NCBI RefSeq assembly: GCF_000092105.1
Contig: NC_014148.1
Coordinates: 2,670,001 to 2,702,000, forward strand
Direction of reading: 5' to 3'
Length of the DNA: 32,000 nucleotides
Source: Planctopirus limnophila DSM 3776
Lineage (GTDB): Bacteria; Planctomycetota; Planctomycetia; Planctomycetales; Planctomycetaceae
In this document: positions 26,827-32,000 of the stretch, in pieces
Layout of the letters: each line of letters opens with the position of its first letter
How positions within the stretch are numbered: the stretch's first letter is position 1
Made by a program: the position numbers and the translations under genes
Notes under the pieces: model-generated
The model's database searches: none
Told to the model about the DNA's origin: nothing
Seen by the model: the letters and a program-made list of their open reading frames with translations, nothing else

Positions 26827-26854
26827 TCGACCACGAGTTCCCTGATACTTCATT

Positions 26855-27511
26855 ATGTCGTTTCTGTATTTTCTTGAGCATCTTTCTGTCGCTTTTGGGG
26901 CCATTGCTGGTGTGCTTGCCGGCAGGGGAAAGCGAGTCGATCTGTTCGGGATTCTGGTGCTCGGAATGGTCACTGCGACTGGCGGAGGGACCCTACGAGA
27001 CCTGATTCTCGACGTCCCGGTCTTCTGGTTGAAAGATCCGAATTTTGTTTACACGGTGGTGGTTGCATCGTGCCTGATGTTCGTGACGGCACGTTACCGC
27101 AAAACTCCCCTGAAGCTCCTGATCTTCGCCGATGCCGCTGGACTGGCGTTTGTCGCTATCGTGGGGACATCCAAGACGCTATCGCTGGGGCATGCGGGAA
27201 TCATCTGCATTGTGATGGGCGTAACCAGCGGAGTCGCTGGTGGGATTATTCGAGATGTCCTCTGCAGCGAGTTCCCCAGCATCTTCCGCATTGATTTCTA
27301 CTGGTACGCGACAGCAGCCTTTTGCGGTGCCTGCTGCTATCTGACACTTCACTTGGTGCAGGGGCCCAACCCCGTCAATCTCATCGTCTCCTCCGCCTTG
27401 ATTCTCATCCTGAGACTGGCTGCTCTTCGATATCGCTGGCGGCTTCCCGAATTCCGCACGCACGAAGACACGCACACCGTATCAGAGGATAAGCTTCCAC
27501 CAGTGGCATGA
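26855..27511 (+). CDS. UPF0126 (YadS/TRIC-like) trimeric cation channel family membrane protein
   Basis: Two internal repeats, each with the family motif (ATGGGTLRDLIL and GVAGGIIRDVL), and about 7 TM segments. Confidence 0.8.
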   Translation: MSFLYFLEHLSVAFGAIAGVLAGRGKRVDLFGILVLGMVTATGGGTLRDLILDVPVFWLKDPNFVYTVVVASCLMFVTARYRKTPLKLLIFADAAGLAFVAIVGTSKTLSLGHAGIICIVMGVTSGVAGGIIRDVLCSEFPSIFRIDFYWYATAAFCGACCYLTLHLVQGPNPVNLIVSSALILILRLAALRYRWRLPEFRTHEDTHTVSEDKLPPVA

Positions 27512-27526
27512 ATCAGACCGCTCGAA

Positions 27527-28270
27527 TCAGCGCGTGAGAGCCACCGCCTCTTCGACGCGAATCGTTCCTTCGTAAATCGCGCGACCGATAATTGCTCCGA
27601 CCAGATTGGGCTGCTGCTTATGAACAGCCTCCAGACGCCGCACATCGTCCAGAGTCGTCACCCCACCTGAAGCAATCACGGAAAAGCCCAGATCGGCCAG
27701 ACGCTGCATGTCGGCAATGGTCCCTTCGTCGACACCTTGCATCATCCCATCGTTGGCAATGTTGGTATAGATTACAGCTGCGAGCGGGAGATCGACAAAT
27801 TGCGAAGCTAATTCCAGTGCCGAAACGGCCGAGACTTCGAGCCAACCTGCCGTGGCCACTTTGCCATCGCGAGCATCCAATCCCAGGGCAATTCTCCCGG
27901 GATACTTTTCCACTAACGATTTGAACCACGCCGGTTCTTTGAGTGCCTGTGTACCAATAATCGCGCGGTCCAGGCCAACATCTTCCAGCATGAATCGCAC
28001 GGATTCCTCGGAACGAAAACCTCCTCCCAACTCACAGGGAATCGACAGCTCACTGACAATCGCTCTCACGATTTCATGATTCACCGGATATCCGGCTTTC
28101 GCTCCATCAAGATCGACCAGATGAAGCCGGTCTGCACCTGTGGCTGCCCATTTTTGGGCCATGGCGACCGGGTCATCACCAAAAACGGTCTCCAGGGCAT
28201 AATCACCCTGGCGAAGTCGCACACATTTGCCTCCACGCAAATCGATTGCCGGCAGAATTTCCATCCCCAT
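27527..28270 (-). CDS. hisA: ProFAR isomerase (1-(5-phosphoribosyl)-5-[(5-phosphoribosylamino)methylideneamino]imidazole-4-carboxamide isomerase)
   Basis: [34 protein letters not shown] and VIASGGV. Start choices are ATG 28270, ATG 28264 and GTG 28288. Confidence 0.88.
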   Translation of the reverse strand: MGMEILPAIDLRGGKCVRLRQGDYALETVFGDDPVAMAQKWAATGADRLHLVDLDGAKAGYPVNHEIVRAIVSELSIPCELGGGFRSEESVRFMLEDVGLDRAIIGTQALKEPAWFKSLVEKYPGRIALGLDARDGKVATAGWLEVSAVSALELASQFVDLPLAAVIYTNIANDGMMQGVDEGTIADMQRLADLGFSVIASGGVTTLDDVRRLEAVHKQQPNLVGAIIGRAIYEGTIRVEEAVALTR

Positions 28271-28431
28271 CACTTTCACTACAGACACTGATTCTCAAAA
28301 GACAGATCAACTTGCGCCAGAAGAAGTCAACCAAAGACCAGGAATCTTCAATCTCGGAGACCTGTTGGCCGAAGAGACTCCCTCATCTCCCGGCCGGTAT
28401 TCGGAGACAATTTTTGCCATTAGGCATCAGA

Positions 28432-29094
28432 TCATTGAGCGGAGATGGCTGGCAACTTATCGGAAGTTTCCGCAGAAACTTGACCTTCCAGACCTCGAGC
28501 AAAATTCTTCAATAGTCTGAGCCCGGCGTTCTGGCTCTTCTCGGGATGAAACTGTGTTGCCAGCAGATTTCCTCGCGAAACAGAGGACACAAAACTCTCA
28601 CCATGTGTCGTGGTTGTCGCAATGATGGATGGATCTTCTGGAACCACAAAGTAACTGTGGACAAAATAGAAGGTAGCATCTGAGGGGATACCAGTCAGTT
28701 GCGGGACAGCTTTCTTAAGTTCAATGGTATTCCAACCCATGTGAGGAATCTTCAGCCCTTCACGAGAAGCGAAACGCTGTACGCTGCCACGAAAAATCCC
28801 CAGGCCCTGATATTCGCCGTCTTCATATCCCACATCAAACAGCATTTGCAGGCCGAGGCAAATCCCAAGAAATGGCTTATCTGCTGCGATATGCTCCTTG
28901 ATCGCAGGGATCAGATCGAGACGCTTAAGTTCGCTGATCGCATCGCGGAAGGCTCCCACGCCGGGGAGAACCAATCGATCAGCAGCAGCAATCTCTGCCG
29001 GCGTACTCACAATATGGGCGGTAGAACCAACCTTTTCGAAGCCCTTCTGGACGCTTCTCAGGTTCCCCATTCCATAATCGACAATCCCGATCAT
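28432..29094 (-). CDS. hisH: imidazole glycerol phosphate synthase, glutamine amidotransferase subunit
   Basis: [31 protein letters not shown] (nucleophile Cys) and QFHPEKS. ATG 29094 is preferred over the listed GTG 29124. There is a short C-terminal extension. Confidence 0.88.
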   Translation of the reverse strand: MIGIVDYGMGNLRSVQKGFEKVGSTAHIVSTPAEIAAADRLVLPGVGAFRDAISELKRLDLIPAIKEHIAADKPFLGICLGLQMLFDVGYEDGEYQGLGIFRGSVQRFASREGLKIPHMGWNTIELKKAVPQLTGIPSDATFYFVHSYFVVPEDPSIIATTTTHGESFVSSVSRGNLLATQFHPEKSQNAGLRLLKNFARGLEGQVSAETSDKLPAISAQ

Positions 29095-29294
29095 TTCACT
29101 GTCTTTCGCGACTTTATCAATCACACGGGTCTCACCATGGCCTCATGACTGAACACCACCATACGCTTTCGGCAATTCGCGCGTAAAGCGACTGGATCGT
29201 GGCGAGCTTCTCCAAATACCTTTCACTTCGCACTGATGTGATCTTTCACAAAGCGGAAGGTTCAGGTCATTCTCTCTGAATGAGCAGTGACCAC

Positions 29295-29343
29295 AAAAAA
29301 ATCACCCCTTCAGCCGGTCGCAGGGTCCGGCCAAAGGGGTGAT
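29295..29343 (-). terminator. Rho-independent terminator of the Pro/Ala-rich gene
   Basis: On the minus strand, atcacccctt pairs with aaggggtgat (29343-29334 with 29310-29301), and there is an inner ccggc/gccgg helix. UUUUUU follows (29300-29295). It lies 58 nt after the stop at 29401. Confidence 0.7.
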
Positions 29344-29400
29344 CGATCCTGACAGATTCGCCCCAAAGGGCTCAGGTCAATGCAGGAGTGATCTCGACAG

Positions 29401-32000
29401 TTATTCCAACCCGGCAGGTGAGGCATATTTCGCGGGATCAATCACGAACTGCCGATGCGATTCGGCATCACTGAACAGATACAATTTGCCCTTGTACCAG
29501 GCCGCATGATCGAGCGATCCTTCCACCACATCTTTGGCATTCGCCAGAACAACCACGTCAGCACCGTAAGCAGCGGGTGCATAGCGAGTGGGTTCCTGTT
29601 CAAACCGGGCTTTGGCTTCGGCCGATGAGAATTGGAATTTCTGCCCGCGATAGGTGGCTGCAAATTGTGGCTGAATATCCTTCAATTCGCGTTGATCGCG
29701 TAATGCGACTGGGCAGAACCCTTTCAATCCCGAAACTCCTTCACGAGCGAAAATCTGCTTCATGCGTGGATCGTTCTGTGCATCCGCTGGAAGCTGAGCC
29801 GGTGCCACGGCTGCATGGACAGGAGCAGCCGGAGTTGTGGGAACTGCCGGTGTTGCTGGAACTACCGGAGCGGCTGTGGCCAAAGTTCCAGGTAATACTT
29901 CTTTTGTCTGTGGCGTGGCTGGTGGCGATGCCGGAGCGGGAATTGCTGCGGGTGGCACGGCCTCAGCCGCTGGCGGAATCGCCAGAGCAGGGACTTCTGC
30001 AGGAACCATTAAAGCCGGTGCCAGAGAAGGAGACTGGGCAGGTGCCTGGGCAGGAACCGCTGGCTGCGCATCTTTGGCCGTATCCAGAGGCAAATCCAAA
30101 GCTCGTCCAGCAGGTGGAACGACAGGTGACACTGGAATTGCAGGTTGGCCAATTGGAGTTGCTGTATCCGTTGGATTTGCTGAAGTTTTGGCAGCTTCGC
30201 TCGCCTTTCGAGCTTCATCTGCGAGTTCGGCAGCCTCTTCGGCCAGATCTTCCAGCTCCCAATCCTCCAGAGCTGGCTCTCCCGGCTTTTTAGGAATCAC
30301 ATTCTTTAAGGCCTCCTTAGCAGTCGTTGTGGAGGGAGCCAATGCAGGTGCTTTCTCGATGGCTGCGGCAGGCAAGCTTGGTGGCGGTAAAGCGACTCCC
30401 GCGAAGGGATCTGCCACTTCATCTGCCATTGGTGCCGCTGCAGGAGTTGCGACCTGTGATGCCACCGGTGCAGGACTTGCGAGAGTTTTTTCCACTGGCA
30501 ACACAGGTGTGTTCGACACAGGCGCGTTCGACAGGGTGGTGCTCTGCGTTGGCACAGCCTGTACAGGAGCAGCTGCGAGAGTTGTCGAATTTACTGGCGC
30601 GGCAGAATTGGTTCCTTGAGCAACAGCCGCCGTCTGTGGTGCTGGTTCAGCCCGACGCAAGCCGCGATCCGCCATGGCTTCGGAGACTTCGGTAAACGGA
30701 TCTGGGAAATCGTCCAGTCCTGCAGCCACTGCCGGTTGAGCGACTGGTGTTGCTTGAGAAGTTGCCTCGACGGCAGGTGCGACGGGTTTGACGACAGGAA
30801 TTGCGGCCTGGTTCACAGGAATCCTGGTCTCTGTCACCACAGGCTGCTGCACCGCTTGTGCTGCGCTGGGAGTGGCTGGAATCCGTCCAGGATTTTGCAC
30901 AGTCGGTTCAACAGGGGCTGGTAATGTGCCGAGTGGGACAGGCATTGAAAACACTGGTTCAGCAGCGACTGGCGCATTCTGCACTGGTGGCGTTTGCATT
31001 GGCGGAGTTTGCACCACGACCTGAGGCACTGGCTGTGTAGGAACTGCGGGAATCGCAGGCACAACAGGGATCTTTGCCACAGTAGCCTGTGGCGTGGTGA
31101 TGACTGGTGCCTGGACAGTCACTGGAACTTGAGTTGTGGCTGGTGGCTGAACAGCTGGCACCTGAACAGGGGCCGCGACTGATGCTTGGCGAGGTGCTGG
31201 CGATGGAGGAATCGCATACGAATCCACGGGTGCCATCACCGGTGGCGCAACAGTCTGCGATAACCCTTGCGGAACCGCCAGAATGCTGGAAGCAGCGACA
31301 GGAGCGGGCACTGGAGCAGGGACAGGATTCACCCGGGCAGCCTGTGGTGGAGCTTGCGCCGGAACCTGCCCCAGAGTTTGACTTTGAGGAGCAGGTAATG
31401 GGCGTTGCAATGTCACCACAGGACGAGTTGTGGGAGCCAAAGGTGCTGCTTGAATCTGGGGGGGAGCCATCACGGCAGGCAGTCGGCTCGGTGCTGCAGA
31501 GGGGAGCGGGACTTCATCACTCGTCATCAACTCGGCAGGTGGTACTGACGGAGCCTGATAAGCAGAATAAGAAGGTGTGACTCCCGGAGGTACAGGAGGT
31601 TGTGAGCTGGCAGGCGTGGTTTCTTTTCGACCGGGTGTCAGTCGTTTAAAGAATCGCGAAACAGCATTCCCTGATGGAGCAGGGGCAGGCTGAGCCGTTG
31701 CCGCTGCCTTAGGTGCCACAGCAGGAGTCCCAGAGGGCGGCAGATTTGCTGGAGCCGCTCCTGGAGCATACCAGTTTGTCGCAGGTGCCGCTGGAGCGGG
31801 TTGAGATCCAGCAGGGGCAGCGACGGAACTTCCCGGCGTTTGTCCAGGCCGCTGATAATTCGGGCTGGTTTGCTGGGTAGCTGATTCGAGAGTCATGGCC
31901 GGCATTTCCCGACCACTTTCCCGATAGAGTTTTTCTAACTCTTCCTGAATCGAGTTGTTTCCCACTGGAATGATTTTGGCCGCTTGCGAGGGCTGCTGAA
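29401..32000 (-). CDS. very long Pro/Ala/Val/Gln-rich low-complexity protein with two C-terminal YHS-like domains; the N-terminus may lie beyond the window
   Basis: The frame stays open to base 32000, upstream of the listed GTG at 31965. About 700 aa are P/A/V/T/Q-rich. The C-terminus reads GFCPVALRD...ATYRGQKFQFSSAEAKARFEQEPTRYAP, followed by a second ...AWYKGKLYLFSDAESHRQFVIDPAKYA unit. Confidence 0.7.
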   Translation of the reverse strand, partial: QQPSQAAKIIPVGNNSIQEELEKLYRESGREMPAMTLESATQQTSPNYQRPGQTPGSSVAAPAGSQPAPAAPATNWYAPGAAPANLPPSGTPAVAPKAAATAQPAPAPSGNAVSRFFKRLTPGRKETTPASSQPPVPPGVTPSYSAYQAPSVPPAELMTSDEVPLPSAAPSRLPAVMAPPQIQAAPLAPTTRPVVTLQRPLPAPQSQTLGQVPAQAPPQAARVNPVPAPVPAPVAASSILAVPQGLSQTVAPPVMAPVDSYAIPPSPAPRQASVAAPVQVPAVQPPATTQVPVTVQAPVITTPQATVAKIPVVPAIPAVPTQPVPQVVVQTPPMQTPPVQNAPVAAEPVFSMPVPLGTLPAPVEPTVQNPGRIPATPSAAQAVQQPVVTETRIPVNQAAIPVVKPVAPAVEATSQATPVAQPAVAAGLDDFPDPFTEVSEAMADRGLRRAEPAPQTAAVAQGTNSAAPVNSTTLAAAPVQAVPTQSTTLSNAPVSNTPVLPVEKTLASPAPVASQVATPAAAPMADEVADPFAGVALPPPSLPAAAIEKAPALAPSTTTAKEALKNVIPKKPGEPALEDWELEDLAEEAAELADEARKASEAAKTSANPTDTATPIGQPAIPVSPVVPPAGRALDLPLDTAKDAQPAVPAQAPAQSPSLAPALMVPAEVPALAIPPAAEAVPPAAIPAPASPPATPQTKEVLPGTLATAAPVVPATPAVPTTPAAPVHAAVAPAQLPADAQNDPRMKQIFAREGVSGLKGFCPVALRDQRELKDIQPQFAATYRGQKFQFSSAEAKARFEQEPTRYAPAAYGADVVVLANAKDVVEGSLDHAAWYKGKLYLFSDAESHRQFVIDPAKYASPAGLE

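Noticed and set aside
28289-28431. An intergenic gap of about 140-165 bp between hisH and hisA as a possible regulatory RNA or small gene.
   Set aside because: It contains only short 5-bp helices and a ccggccgg palindrome. There is no terminator, no His-codon run and no credible ORF; the plus-strand ORFs there are antisense shadows.

Overview
This window reads as ordinary chromosome, mostly housekeeping. It holds about 21 protein-coding genes on both strands, and hand counts of a few lines give GC in the mid-50s percent. The gene content suggests a Planctomycetota (Planctomycetaceae-like) genome, but that is inference only. It rests on Sec/Tat-secreted BNR-like and NHL propeller proteins, a very long Pro/Ala-rich protein with YHS-like C-terminal domains, a secreted FAD oxidoreductase, an M60-like peptidase and weak Shine-Dalgarno signals.

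Genes I recognise:
- Metabolism: eda, a standalone coaB, cimA, purA, tdh-kbl, hisH-hisA
- Envelope and division: ftsK, mlaE-mlaF-mlaD, dedA, a UPF0126/TRIC-like channel
- Translation: valS
- Regulation: an XRE-cupin regulator

I found no rRNA, tRNA, CRISPR array, transposase, integrase or recognisable defence or toxin module, and no convincing novel multi-gene system.

The signals most worth a second look are non-coding or structural:
1. A promoter, a 19-codon Ile/Val/Thr-rich mini-ORF and mutually exclusive antiterminator/terminator hairpins upstream of cimA. This is a candidate leader-peptide attenuator.
2. A diverged 81-nt copy of the mlaD 3' coding end lying 1.6 kb downstream, so that the two copies bracket the oppositely oriented NHL gene. 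Its substitution pattern is almost purely synonymous.
3. Two related palindromic elements in intergenic DNA, one of them a 32-bp-stem hairpin.
4. A CxxC...CxxC zinc-ribbon-like insertion in ValRS.

Everything here comes from reading the sequence and the ORF translations. No database search was run.
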